Of a DNA stretch of 64,000 nucleotides, positions 38,857 to 48,427 are shown one piece after another. The stretch lies in assembly GCA_963819095.1 (NCBI GenBank), contig CAWFUO010000012.1, positions 145,701 through 209,700 on the forward strand, in the 5' to 3' direction. Position 1 is the first letter of the stretch; each line of letters begins with the position of its first letter. The notes beneath the pieces were generated by a model. The model worked only from the letters and a program-made list of their open reading frames with translations, searched no databases and was not told the DNA's origin. Both the position numbers and the translations under genes were made by a program. This DNA is from Candidatus Dormiibacterota bacterium (GTDB lineage: Bacteria > Chloroflexota > Dormibacteria > Aeolococcales > Aeolococcaceae).

Positions 38857-39534
38857 TCAGTCGACATAAACGGCGGTCAGCCCCGCGCGGTCCAGCGCCG
38901 GCCGTGAGAGGGCGAGTGGGACGGCTCGCGCCAGCGCGAGCGCGGGATCGATCATCACGACCAGCGCAAGATCGATGACGTCGCTGCTCAGGACGCGTAC
39001 GCCAACGGCGTCGTACTCGCCCCCACCTGCACCGAGAACGCCGGCACCGAGAGCACCGCCACCGGTGCCGCCATCGCCACTGACCAGTCGCAGCCCACCG
39101 CCGTCGAACGCTTCAGCGCGAACCCGTGTCGCGTGTGCGGCATCGCCCACACGAGCAACGTAGAGCGCACCGCGGCCGGCATCCGACACAACCCAGTCGC
39201 CCGCATCCGCCTCCGGATCGCCGCTCGCCACCACCTCGAGCGCGCCGACCCCGTACAGGGGCAGGTTGCGCGCATCCGCGATGCCGAGCGCGGCCGCCAT
39301 CCCCGCGCGAACCCCGGTGTACGTCCCAGGTCCCGTAACCACCACCACCGCGGTGTCGACCGCGACGAGCATCCGCCCCAGCACCTGGGGCAGCGACGCG
39401 GCGACCGGTTCATCGCGGATGACCTCGGCGTCGATCAGTTCGCCCTCCGCCGATGCCACCACGCAGACGACTCGCGATCTCGACGAGGTGTCGATGGCCA
39501 GGACCCGCGTCACGGCTGCCTCGCCTGATCCCAC
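38857..39534 (-). CDS. tsaB: tRNA threonylcarbamoyladenosine biosynthesis protein TsaB
   Basis: LAIDTSS..VVTGPGTYTGVRAG motif. Confidence 0.8.
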   Translation of the reverse strand: MGSGEAAVTRVLAIDTSSRSRVVCVVASAEGELIDAEVIRDEPVAASLPQVLGRMLVAVDTAVVVVTGPGTYTGVRAGMAAALGIADARNLPLYGVGALEVVASGDPEADAGDWVVSDAGRGALYVARVGDAAHATRVRAEAFDGGGLRLVSGDGGTGGGALGAGVLGAGGGEYDAVGVRVLSSDVIDLALVVMIDPALALARAVPLALSRPALDRAGLTAVYVD

Positions 39535-39986
39535 GCGCCCGTCAACCGCGGCGGCGCGTCGACGGCCGGACGGATCACACGCGTTCCGTCGTCATCGATG
39601 TCGATGGTGATGCTGGCGGGCGCATCCCGCTCCCGAGACGCGTGCTCGCCCCACTCCACGACCACCACGCCGCCGGACTCGAGCATCTCGTCGATGTCGA
39701 GCAGACGGATGTCCGCGTCGGGGCCAAGCCGGTACAGGTCCAGGTGGTGGAGCACCTTCGGTCCAGCGCGATAGATGTGGTGCAGCACGAAGGTCGGCGA
39801 TCGCACCAGGCTCGGGTCGATGCCCATGCCCGCGGCGATCCCCCGCACCAGGACCGTCTTCCCGGCGCCGAGCTGGCCGCTCAAGAGAATGAGATCACCC
39901 GGCTGCACGCGGGTGCCGATCCGCTCGCCAAGCGCGAGGGTCTCGGCTTCAGTCGAGCAGCGCGCCGCTGCCGCGATGTCACTCAT
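39510..39986 (-). CDS. tsaE: tRNA threonylcarbamoyladenosine biosynthesis ATPase TsaE
   Basis: LSGQLGAGKT Walker A, SPTFVLHHIY and LDLYRL motifs. Start at MSDIAAAAR. Confidence 0.8.
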   Translation of the reverse strand: MSDIAAAARCSTEAETLALGERIGTRVQPGDLILLSGQLGAGKTVLVRGIAAGMGIDPSLVRSPTFVLHHIYRAGPKVLHHLDLYRLGPDADIRLLDIDEMLESGGVVVVEWGEHASRERDAPASITIDIDDDGTRVIRPAVDAPPRLTGAWDQARQP

Positions 39987-40056
39987 GCGCCGATCCGCTC
40001 GCCAAGCGCTCGAGTTTCCGCTCCAATCGAGCACGGCGCGACAGCACCGATGTCCC

Positions 40057-41097
40057 TCACGTGAAGTGCCTCGACGTCGTCCGTGGCCGCGGCGCCGTCG
40101 CACCACCCTCACGATCGAGCACCGAGACCCCCTCGCCGTCACGCAAGCACCCGACAACACGCAGCGGCGCCAAACCAGCCGGCCACGAATCGAGCAACGC
40201 CCCCACTGCGCCCCACGGCAGGGCGGCCACCAGCTCGAAGTCCTCGCCTCCCCCCACCGCGAGATCGGGCCACGCCGAGCCGAAATCCGAGACCAGCGCC
40301 GCTTCCACCGGGAGCCGGTCCAGCCAGATCTCGGCCCCGCAGCCCGACATGTCGGTGATCCGTTCCAGCTCGACCAGGAGGCCGTCGCTGATGTCCCCGC
40401 CGCACCGAACCCCGAGTGACACCAGTTCCAGCCCCTCGGCGATACGGGCGATCGGCGACAGCTGGGCGTCCACCCACGCCTGCTCCTGCTCGGACAGCTC
40501 GCCGCCGTCGAGGAGCAGGCGCAACCCCGCGGCCGCCCTGCCGAGCGATCCCGTCACCACGAGCACGTCCCCCGGCCGGCCCGCATCGCGGCGCAGCACC
40601 GCCCCGGGAGCGACGGTCCCGCCGACCACGACGTCGATGACCAGGGGCCCGTCGATCGCGCTGACGTCGCCGCCGGCGACGGCACATCCAGCGGCTGATG
40701 CGGCACCGCAGAGCCCCCGCTGGATCTCGAGAACGTCCGCAAAGGACGTGGTCGAGGGCGCGCACAGCGTCGCCGAGCACCACACGGGGGTGGCGCCCAT
40801 GCCGGCCAGGTCGGACAGCGCCACCGCCATCGCCCGCGCCCCAAGGCGGCGCGGGCTGATCCACCAGCGCCGGAAATCCACCCCCTCCACCATGGCGTCC
40901 TGGCTCACCGCCAGGTCACGCCCGGCTTGGGGCGACCAGACGGCGGCATCGTCGCCCGAGCCGATCGCCAGGCCCCCCGATGCGGTCCGGGCGATCTCGG
41001 TGAGCGCCATCAGGAGGGCACGCTCGCCGGTGTCCGCCAGGGTCGGACCGCCCTGGTCGAAGGCCGGATCGGCTGTGCTGTCGGCTTCCAACGTCAC
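40057..41097 (-). CDS. thiL: thiamine-monophosphate kinase
   Basis: GDDAAVW and MVEGVDF motifs. AIR-synthase-related fold. Confidence 0.75.
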   Translation of the reverse strand: MTLEADSTADPAFDQGGPTLADTGERALLMALTEIARTASGGLAIGSGDDAAVWSPQAGRDLAVSQDAMVEGVDFRRWWISPRRLGARAMAVALSDLAGMGATPVWCSATLCAPSTTSFADVLEIQRGLCGAASAAGCAVAGGDVSAIDGPLVIDVVVGGTVAPGAVLRRDAGRPGDVLVVTGSLGRAAAGLRLLLDGGELSEQEQAWVDAQLSPIARIAEGLELVSLGVRCGGDISDGLLVELERITDMSGCGAEIWLDRLPVEAALVSDFGSAWPDLAVGGGEDFELVAALPWGAVGALLDSWPAGLAPLRVVGCLRDGEGVSVLDREGGATAPRPRTTSRHFT

Positions 41098-41099
41098 AC

Positions 41100-41252
41100 G
41101 TCCGCAATATACGGGGCATGCCCCGTGGGGTACGGTGGGCGGCGATGTCCGGCTTGCGCTCGGACTACTCGGCTCGCTATGGTGCGCCGGGGACGTAACC
41201 GAGCGATGCCTGGTTCGGGCACCAGCGGCAGACGATTAGGAGGACGCCTATT
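41100..41252 (+). promoter_or_regulatory. structured GC-rich leader upstream of CHAP hydrolase gene; candidate c-di-AMP (ydaO-type) riboswitch
   Basis: Perfect palindrome ACGGGGCATGCCCCGT and GGGGUAC / CCGGGGAC / GGUUCGGG elements. SD AGGAGGA 8 nt before the TTG start at 41253. Confidence 0.3.
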
Positions 41253-42341
41253 TTGACATGGAGCCGGAAGGTGGCCCTGACAGCGGCAGGCGTCATCACC
41301 CTTCTGGCCACCGGACTCGGAGCGATCCCGAACAGTCAGGCCAACGGTGCGCAGGCACCGAACTCTGCGATCGCAGCGCTGCAGCAGCGGCGCGCGCAAC
41401 TCATCGCAGAGCTCGCGGCACTGCAGCCGAGCCTCCAGGCAGCGGGTGGCTCCGTCAATTCGGCGGAAGCGTTGTTCAACGCCCAGCAAACCAAGGTGTT
41501 AAACGAACGCAAGCAGCTCGCCAAGCTCAACGCGCAGTTGCTTTCCCTGAGCAGCCAGCTCAACAGCAATGACGCCACCGCCGCAACCGACAAGGCGCAG
41601 CTCGCCGGCATCACGCGCGCAACGTACGAGACGAGCGCCAACAATCAGGTGCTCGCCGCGGTGTTGAGCGCGAAGTCCTTTAACTCGGCGATCGATGAGT
41701 TGAAGGCGGCCAACCAGGTGTCGCAGCAGGTGCTCAACCTCGTCGAGCGTCTGGCAGCCGCGAACCACGCGATCGTCGCGGAGCAGCTATCGATCCGCGG
41801 CGACGCAGCGTCAGCGCAGGTCCTTGAGGGACAGCTCGCCGCGCAAAGCGATCAGTTCCTCGTGGTGCTCGAGAACCGCAACACCACGTTCGCCGGGCTC
41901 AAGGGACCGGCGCGCACGCTCGCCGGCGACATCGCCAACATCGACAACCAGATCGCGTATCTCGAGGCCGGCCCGCGCGTCGGCGGCTCCGGGTCATGCG
42001 GCAACCATTTCGCATACGGCTTCTGCACGTACTACGTCGCAACTCGCCGATGCGTCCCGTGGCTCGGCAACGCCAACGGCTGGTACAGCGCGGCGGCGGC
42101 GATGGGATACAAGGAAGGTCACATGCCGCTAGCCGGCGCGATCGTGGTGTTCTGGCCGGGCGTCGACGGCGTGAGCCGCGAAGGCCACGTCGCCTATGTC
42201 GAGGCGGTCGGGCCGGCTCCGGGAATCCCCGCGGGGGACTTCAAGCTCTCGGAGATGAACTTCGCCGGGTGGAACCGCGTCGACTACCGCGTCATCAGCG
42301 ACACGAGCGGCGACATCGAGGGATTCATCTACGGGCAGTAG
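41253..42341 (+). CDS. secreted peptidoglycan hydrolase: N-terminal coiled-coil + C-terminal CHAP domain (PcsB/RipA-like architecture)
   Basis: Signal peptide. ~230 aa of Ala/Gln/Leu-rich heptad-like sequence. CGNHFAYGFCTYYV...H CHAP Cys/His motif. Confidence 0.8.
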   Translation: MTWSRKVALTAAGVITLLATGLGAIPNSQANGAQAPNSAIAALQQRRAQLIAELAALQPSLQAAGGSVNSAEALFNAQQTKVLNERKQLAKLNAQLLSLSSQLNSNDATAATDKAQLAGITRATYETSANNQVLAAVLSAKSFNSAIDELKAANQVSQQVLNLVERLAAANHAIVAEQLSIRGDAASAQVLEGQLAAQSDQFLVVLENRNTTFAGLKGPARTLAGDIANIDNQIAYLEAGPRVGGSGSCGNHFAYGFCTYYVATRRCVPWLGNANGWYSAAAAMGYKEGHMPLAGAIVVFWPGVDGVSREGHVAYVEAVGPAPGIPAGDFKLSEMNFAGWNRVDYRVISDTSGDIEGFIYGQ

Positions 42342-43569
42342 CCGTCTCGAGCGCCTGCCTGAGGAGCTCCTGAGCCGCCGGTAGCGAGTCGATCACGTCG
42401 GAGGCGAGCGCGCCCGCCCGTCCGCGACGAGCCTGGACCATCAGCCCCGCCTGTGCATGCACGGTCACCCCGGCGATGGCGGCCTCCCGCGCACCGAGCC
42501 CCTGCGCGAGCATCGAGCCGATCAACCCGGCGAGAACGTCGCCGGTTCCGCCGGTCGCCAGCGCCACGACCCGGTGCGTGTCGATGTGCGCCGGGCTCCC
42601 CGATGCCGCCACCACCGTCTCGGCGCCCTTGAGGACGACGACGACATCGTGCTGCTGCGCGTAGCGCTCCGCGGTGCCGATCCGGTCCGCCTGGACGGTC
42701 TTCGTGTCCGTGCCCGCAAGCCGGGCCATCTCGGTCGGATGCGGGGTGACCACGATCGGCTGCCCGCCGCGCTTGAGATCGAACCCTGACGTCGCGACGA
42801 TGTTGAGCGCGTCGGCGTCGACGACCGCCGGGCACGGCAACCCGACCAGGAGCTCGAGGAGCGCGCTCACCGTCTCCGGCGCGCGACCCAGCCCGGGCCC
42901 GATCACCAGCGCGTCAGCGCCGCCCAGCCGCTCGCGAATCACGGCGACGGCGTCCGGATGCAGGACGCCGGTGCCCGCATCGGGCAGCGGCGTCGGCATC
43001 ACCTCGAGACACCCGACGGCGACGATCGGATGGATCGCCTCGGGCACGCACACCTCAACCAGGCCGGCACCGCCGCGCGCGGCACCCATCGCAGCGAGCC
43101 GCGGCGCGCCGGTGAACCCGCGCGATCCCGCCACCACGACCACCCGTCCGAACGTGCCCTTGTGTCCGTCCTCGGGACGCTCGGCGAGCACCAGGTCCGC
43201 GGGCGGGACCGGCAGCTCGCGCCGCCGGCCACCGACGCGGTTCACCGCGACCGCGATTGCCAGACCGCCATCGTGCGTCAGCGACAGGGCGATATCGGTC
43301 GGCTCGCCGCGCACGTGCACCTGGGGTGGACCACCACGGCGGCGGACCACCTCGATCTCCTTGTACGCCGGCATCCGTTCGCCCATCGAACCGTAGAGCT
43401 TCTTGACCGCCTCCTTGGCGGCCCACCTGCTCGCCCATCGCTCGGGCTTGGCGGCGGCGTACCGCTGCTCACCGTCGGTGTAGATGCGCTGGGCAAATCG
43501 CGGGTGGCGCTGCAGCGCGGCCGCGATGCGATCCACCACGGTCACATCGACCCCGACCACCATCGTCAT
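42325..43569 (-). CDS. fusion protein: holo-ACP synthase (4-prime-phosphopantetheinyl transferase) + ADP-dependent NAD(P)H-hydrate dehydratase (YjeF_C)
   Basis: N-terminal ~115 aa match AcpS (VGVDVTVVDRI...WAAKEAVKKL). Remainder GHKGTFGRVVVVAGS... matches the YjeF C-terminal carbohydrate-kinase-like domain. Confidence 0.75.
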   Translation of the reverse strand: MTMVVGVDVTVVDRIAAALQRHPRFAQRIYTDGEQRYAAAKPERWASRWAAKEAVKKLYGSMGERMPAYKEIEVVRRRGGPPQVHVRGEPTDIALSLTHDGGLAIAVAVNRVGGRRRELPVPPADLVLAERPEDGHKGTFGRVVVVAGSRGFTGAPRLAAMGAARGGAGLVEVCVPEAIHPIVAVGCLEVMPTPLPDAGTGVLHPDAVAVIRERLGGADALVIGPGLGRAPETVSALLELLVGLPCPAVVDADALNIVATSGFDLKRGGQPIVVTPHPTEMARLAGTDTKTVQADRIGTAERYAQQHDVVVVLKGAETVVAASGSPAHIDTHRVVALATGGTGDVLAGLIGSMLAQGLGAREAAIAGVTVHAQAGLMVQARRGRAGALASDVIDSLPAAQELLRQALETATARR

Positions 43570-43576
43570 CCGACGA

Positions 43577-45409
43577 CTATTCCACAGTCACCGACTTGGC
43601 GAGGTTGCGCGGCTGATCGACATCGCAGCCGCGCTGCACGGCCACGTGATACGCGAACAGCTGCAGGGGCACGACGTTGATCAGCGGCGAGAGCACCTCC
43701 GAGCACGCGGGCACCGGAACCGTCGAGGCGAAGCCGGCGTCGAACGGATCCTCGCCCTCGGTGATGAGCGCGATCACCGGCGCGTCGCGCGAATGCACCT
43801 CCTGCACGTTGCTCACCATCTTGGGGAGCGTCGCAGAGCGTGTCGCGATGGCGATCACCGGCACCTCGGGCTCGAGCAGTGCGATCGGACCGTGCTTGAG
43901 CTCGCCGGCCGCGTATCCCTCGGCGTGCACGTACGAGATCTCCTTGAGCTTGAGCGCTCCTTCCATCGCGATCGGGAAGTTGATGCCCCTGCCGATGTAC
44001 AGCGCGCTCTGCGCATGCGCGAAACGCTGACCGATTTCGACGAGCATCGGCTCCAGCTCGAGCGTCCGCGTGAGCAGGTCGGGGAGCTGCTGCATCTCCG
44101 CCACCAGGCGCTGATGCTCGGCAACATCCAGCGTCCCGCGCGCATCGCCAAGCCGGAGCGCGAGCAGGAGGCCGCACACCATCTGGGTCATGAACGTCTT
44201 GGTGCCGGCGACCGAGATCTCCGGGCCCGCCTGCATGTACAGCGAGCCGTCCGCCTCCAGTGACAGCGCACTCCCGACGACATTCGTGATCGCAATCACC
44301 TGCGCACCGGCTGCGTGCGCCTGACGCACCGCGGCGAGCGTATCGGCGGTCTCACCCGACTGCGACACGGCGATGACCAGCGAGTGCTCATCGACGAGCG
44401 CCTCACCGTAGCGGAACTCGCTCGCCGCCTCCACCTTGCATCGAACCTTGGCGAGATGCTCGATCGCATAGCCGGCAACCATCGCCGCATACCACGCCGA
44501 TCCGCACGCCACCAGCACCACCTCGTGCACCCCGGCGAGTGTCTCCTCGCTCATCCCGAGCTCGGGCAGCGACACCATGCCGAGCTCGTCGATCCGTCCG
44601 CGCAGCGCATGGCGGACGGCCTCCGGCTGCTCATGGATCTCCTTGAGGAGAAAGTGCGGAAAGCCGTTCTTCTGCGCCTGCTCCGCCTCCCAGTCGACCG
44701 TTACGATGCGCGCCTCGACAACGGTTCCGTCGAGCTGCTGCACCGTGATCCCGTCCGGCGTTGCGGTCACGATCTCGCCTTCCCCGATCAGCGCGATCCG
44801 CTTGGTATATGGGATCAACGCGGTGATGTCGCTGCTCACGAACACCTCGCCGCGTCCCAGCCCCACCACCAGCGGTGCGTTCATGCGCGCACCGACGACG
44901 CGGTCCGGTTGATCGGCGGAGATGACCACCAGTGCGCACGCACCCTGCATGCGATTCAGCGCGCTGCGCACCGCCGCGGCGAGGTCACCGTGAAACGCAT
45001 CCTCGATGAGGTGCGGCACCACCTCGGTGTCGGTCTCGCTGAGGAACTCGTGTCCGCGCGACATCAGCTCGGCGCGCAGCTCGCGATAGTTCTCGACGAT
45101 GCCGTTGTGAATGACGTGAATGCGCCCCGTGCAATCCTGGTGCGGATGCGCGTTTTCGAGCGAGGGACGCCCGTGCGTCGCCCAACGCGTATGGCCGATT
45201 CCGACCGTTCCCGCCGGCGTGCCTTCGGCGTCCACCTGGCGGGCGAGGTCAGCGACCTTGTGGGTGTTCTTGACGGTGGCGACATCGCCGTCCGGGTCGA
45301 TGATCGCGATCCCGGCCGAGTCGTAGCCCCGGTACTCGAGACGCATCAGGCTGTCGAGCAGGATCGGTGCTGCTGGACGGGGGCCGGTGTAGCCGATGAT
45401 GCCGCACAT
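43577..45409 (-). CDS. glmS: glutamine--fructose-6-phosphate aminotransferase
   Basis: MCGIIGY N-terminus, two SIS domains, C-terminal ...KSVTVE. 610 aa intact. Confidence 0.95.
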   Translation of the reverse strand: MCGIIGYTGPRPAAPILLDSLMRLEYRGYDSAGIAIIDPDGDVATVKNTHKVADLARQVDAEGTPAGTVGIGHTRWATHGRPSLENAHPHQDCTGRIHVIHNGIVENYRELRAELMSRGHEFLSETDTEVVPHLIEDAFHGDLAAAVRSALNRMQGACALVVISADQPDRVVGARMNAPLVVGLGRGEVFVSSDITALIPYTKRIALIGEGEIVTATPDGITVQQLDGTVVEARIVTVDWEAEQAQKNGFPHFLLKEIHEQPEAVRHALRGRIDELGMVSLPELGMSEETLAGVHEVVLVACGSAWYAAMVAGYAIEHLAKVRCKVEAASEFRYGEALVDEHSLVIAVSQSGETADTLAAVRQAHAAGAQVIAITNVVGSALSLEADGSLYMQAGPEISVAGTKTFMTQMVCGLLLALRLGDARGTLDVAEHQRLVAEMQQLPDLLTRTLELEPMLVEIGQRFAHAQSALYIGRGINFPIAMEGALKLKEISYVHAEGYAAGELKHGPIALLEPEVPVIAIATRSATLPKMVSNVQEVHSRDAPVIALITEGEDPFDAGFASTVPVPACSEVLSPLINVVPLQLFAYHVAVQRGCDVDQPRNLAKSVTVE

Positions 45410-45443
45410 AGGACCTCTCTGGAACGGACGTGGAGGGAAGGGG

Positions 45444-46431
45444 TTACGTGCCGGGCGTGGGGGTGGGTGTCGGGGCCGGCGTGGGTGACGGCGGCGGCGT
45501 GGGGATCGTGCCCATCTCGATCTCGACCGACACCTGTTTCACCGAGAGGGTGATGCCCGCCGGGGCGATGATGTCGACGGTTTGCGTGAAGTCGCCGGTG
45601 ATGCCGCCGAGCGGGATCGCCACGGTGCTGAGATTCAGGAATGAGTTGAGCAGGTCCTGTGGCCCGGTCGCGACGACGCTGAACGGTGTGACGATGATCC
45701 CGATCAGGTAGTGACCCTGGGATGGGTTGCCGACGATCCGCGGCGCAATCGCAACGCGTGCGTGTGGTCACGACCGCGGTGATCGAGATGCTGATGCTCA
45801 CATCGCTGGGTTTGGCACTGACGTTGTTGAGCCGCTGGTTGTCGTTTCCATACACGAGGACGGGGACCTGCTCCTGGAAATTCGCCTTCTGATTGCTCAG
45901 GTTGACCGACGCACGCGCCTGGATGTTGGCGAGCTCGTGCGCGGGTCCGTCGACCACCACGGTGGACGGGGCAGCCTGCTGCGAGACGATGTCGTAGCCC
46001 GCCGGCGGAGGATTGGTGATCGTGATCGTCACCGGGATCGACTTGGACGTGAACGCATCCAGGTCGACCTGGACCGATGACGGCCGATCGATGATCTCGA
46101 TGTTGGGATCCGTGCTCGTGATCGTCATCGGGATGGAATACGTTCCGGCGCGATTCACCGCCGCCCAGTCCACGTTGACCGTGAACACGGTGGGGTTGAG
46201 CGTGCTCAGCGTGTTCTGGTCGCCTCCGACACGAACCAGGACGTTGCTCACCGGGTGGACGAGCACATATCCGGAGGGCACGTTCGCTGCGCTCTGCGGC
46301 ACCGCGAGCGACACCAGCCTGGTCTCGGGCGGATTGCCCGCATACACAACCCCGACCCACGTCACGAACGCGATGAAGAAGCACAGCACCTTGAGCTTCC
46401 AGTTGCGGCGGATGAAACCTGGGATTCTCAT
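45444..46431 (-). CDS. cdaR: CdaR (YbbR-repeat regulator of diadenylate cyclase), single frameshift near 45750-45770
   Basis: N-terminal TM + YbbR repeats in ORF 45346..46431. After a 1-nt shift the third frame gives ...IVGNPSQGHYLIGIIVTPFSVVATGP...VKQVSVEIEMGTIPTPPPSPTPAPTPTPTPGT*. Confidence 0.7.
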
Positions 46432-47297
46432 GGGTGCGACCGGCGCCTGATCGTGCGCAGCGTGCCGACCCGTTGCAGCGGGCGGAGCATTGCCGCGCGT
46501 CCCGAGCCGCCCTCCTTCTCGAGCAGGCTGACCAGCATCTCGTGCAGCTTGGCCTGGTCGAGACCCCGGTAGATCTTGCCGTCGTGGGCGATGCTGATCA
46601 GCCCGGTCTCCTCACTGACGATGAGCACCACCGCGTCGCTCTGCATGGTCAGCCCGAGCGCCGCCCGATGCCGGGTTCCCATGCGCCCGACGCCCGGAAG
46701 CGTCTCGGCGAGGGGCAGCACGCAGCCCGCGGCCACGATCCGGCTCTCGCGGATGATCACCGCCCCGTCGTGCAGCGGTGACCCGGGGATGAAGATGGTG
46801 GCGAGCATCTCTGCGGTGACGTCGCCGTTGACGGCCACGCCCGTCGCGGCGAGGTTCTCGAGTCCCGTCTCTCGCTCGAAGACGATCAGCGCACCAACCT
46901 TGTGTTCGGAGAGCGAGGCGGCCGCGCGCAGCACCTCGTCGACGGTTCGGGCGTAGGCCACCTCCGGGTGCCGTCCCAGCACGGCGCGGACCGTGCCGAG
47001 CCGTCCGACCTGGTCGAGCGCTCTTCGCAGCTCCGGCTGGAACAGGACGATCGCGGCGATCACGATCGCCTGGGTCCCGTTGTTGAAGATGAATTCGAGG
47101 AGGCGAAGGTGCAGCAGCTGCGCCGCCCACCCGACCGCGAAGATCACCGCGAGCCCGAGCAGCAGCTGGACCGCCTGGGTTCCCCGGATCAGCTTGAGCA
47201 GCTGGTACAGGAGGAAGGCGACCACCAGCACGTCGAGGCCATCGCGCCAGCTCAGGCTCTGCAGGAAGAAGTGCGCGTTCCGAAGGAAGTCGCTCAC
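46428..47297 (-). CDS. cdaA: diadenylate cyclase CdaA
   Basis: N-terminal TM helices. DAC domain GALIVFERE..., DGAVII and RHRAALG motifs. GTG start. Confidence 0.85.
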   Translation of the reverse strand: MSDFLRNAHFFLQSLSWRDGLDVLVVAFLLYQLLKLIRGTQAVQLLLGLAVIFAVGWAAQLLHLRLLEFIFNNGTQAIVIAAIVLFQPELRRALDQVGRLGTVRAVLGRHPEVAYARTVDEVLRAAASLSEHKVGALIVFERETGLENLAATGVAVNGDVTAEMLATIFIPGSPLHDGAVIIRESRIVAAGCVLPLAETLPGVGRMGTRHRAALGLTMQSDAVVLIVSEETGLISIAHDGKIYRGLDQAKLHEMLVSLLEKEGGSGRAAMLRPLQRVGTLRTIRRRSHP

Positions 47298-47411
47298 CGG
47301 CGCACCTCTCTCATCACGAGCAGCGCCCAGTCACAGCAGTCGCTCACCCGCGCGCCTCTCCGATCACGATCCGCGCCCAGTCACGGCCGCCACTCACGCC
47401 GCCACCGCGCC
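47289..47411. repeat. tandem 50-nt direct repeat (2 full units + partial) spanning argF stop / cdaA start
   Basis: Units 47289-47338 and 47339-47388 are ~85% identical. A partial third copy overlaps the argF stop. Confidence 0.8.
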
Positions 47412-48341
47412 AGCGTCATCCGCGTAGATCAGGGCAAGCAGCGCCTGCTGCACCCACAGCCGGTTCTCCGCCTGGTCGAACACGACCGAGTGCGGCCCAT
47501 CGATGACCGCATCGGTGATCTCCTCACCACGATGCGCCGGGAGGCAGTGCATCACCCGGACGCCCGCCGGCGCCAGCGCCACGAGCGCGTCATTGACCTG
47601 CAGGGACGCGAAATCCTCGCGCCGACGCTGCTGTTCGGTTTCCTGCCCCATGCTTGTCCAAACGTCCGTGTAGATGATTTCGGTATCGCGAAGCGCGGGC
47701 GCCGCCTCGTGCGTGATCTCGAAATCGGTGCCCGGCGCGCGCAGCCGGGCCGCCCGCTCGATGACCGCCGCCGGTGGCTCGTACCCCGGCGGGCAGATGA
47801 CCCGGAGGTGCACTCCGAGCAGCGCCGCCGCATAGATCCACGACGTGCAGACGTTGTTCCCGTCGCCGATGTACGCCACGGTCGCGCCCGCCAGCCGGCC
47901 GGTGACCGCGCGCACGGTCATGCAGTCGGCGAGCACCTGACACGGATGCTCGCTGTCGGTGAGGGCGTTGATGACCGGGGACGACGCGGCTCCCGCGATC
48001 GTGATCAGGTCCCGGTGGGAGACGAGGCGGGCCACGATGCCGTCCGCGTAACGGTCGAGGATCCGGCTGATGTCCGCGGCCAACTCGCGCTCGCCGAGCT
48101 GGACCTCGGGGTTGAACAGCGCGATCGGGTGGCCGCCGAGCCGGTGGATCGCCACCTCGAACGACACGCGGGTGCGGTTGCTCGGCCGTTGGAAGATGAG
48201 CGCCAGCGACCGGCCCGCGAGCGGGCTGCCGAGATCCCGCCCCGATTTGGCCGCGTCGGCCAGGTCGAGGACAGCGATGATCTCGTCGGTGCTGAGGTCC
48301 GCGATGCTCAGGAGATCACGACCGGCGAGCGAATGAGCCAT
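47394..48341 (-). CDS. argF: ornithine carbamoyltransferase
   Basis: SNRTRVSFE (STRTR) carbamoyl-phosphate motif, HCLPAHRGEE and TSMGQE. Confidence 0.8.
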   Translation of the reverse strand: MAHSLAGRDLLSIADLSTDEIIAVLDLADAAKSGRDLGSPLAGRSLALIFQRPSNRTRVSFEVAIHRLGGHPIALFNPEVQLGERELAADISRILDRYADGIVARLVSHRDLITIAGAASSPVINALTDSEHPCQVLADCMTVRAVTGRLAGATVAYIGDGNNVCTSWIYAAALLGVHLRVICPPGYEPPAAVIERAARLRAPGTDFEITHEAAPALRDTEIIYTDVWTSMGQETEQQRRREDFASLQVNDALVALAPAGVRVMHCLPAHRGEEITDAVIDGPHSVVFDQAENRLWVQQALLALIYADDAGAVAA

Positions 48342-48427
48342 CGGCCCATATGGTTGCACCGCGACCTCGATCGCGCGCCTCGCGCGCAAACCCGCGCGCA
48401 GAGCGTCACACGCTATACCGTTCGGCC

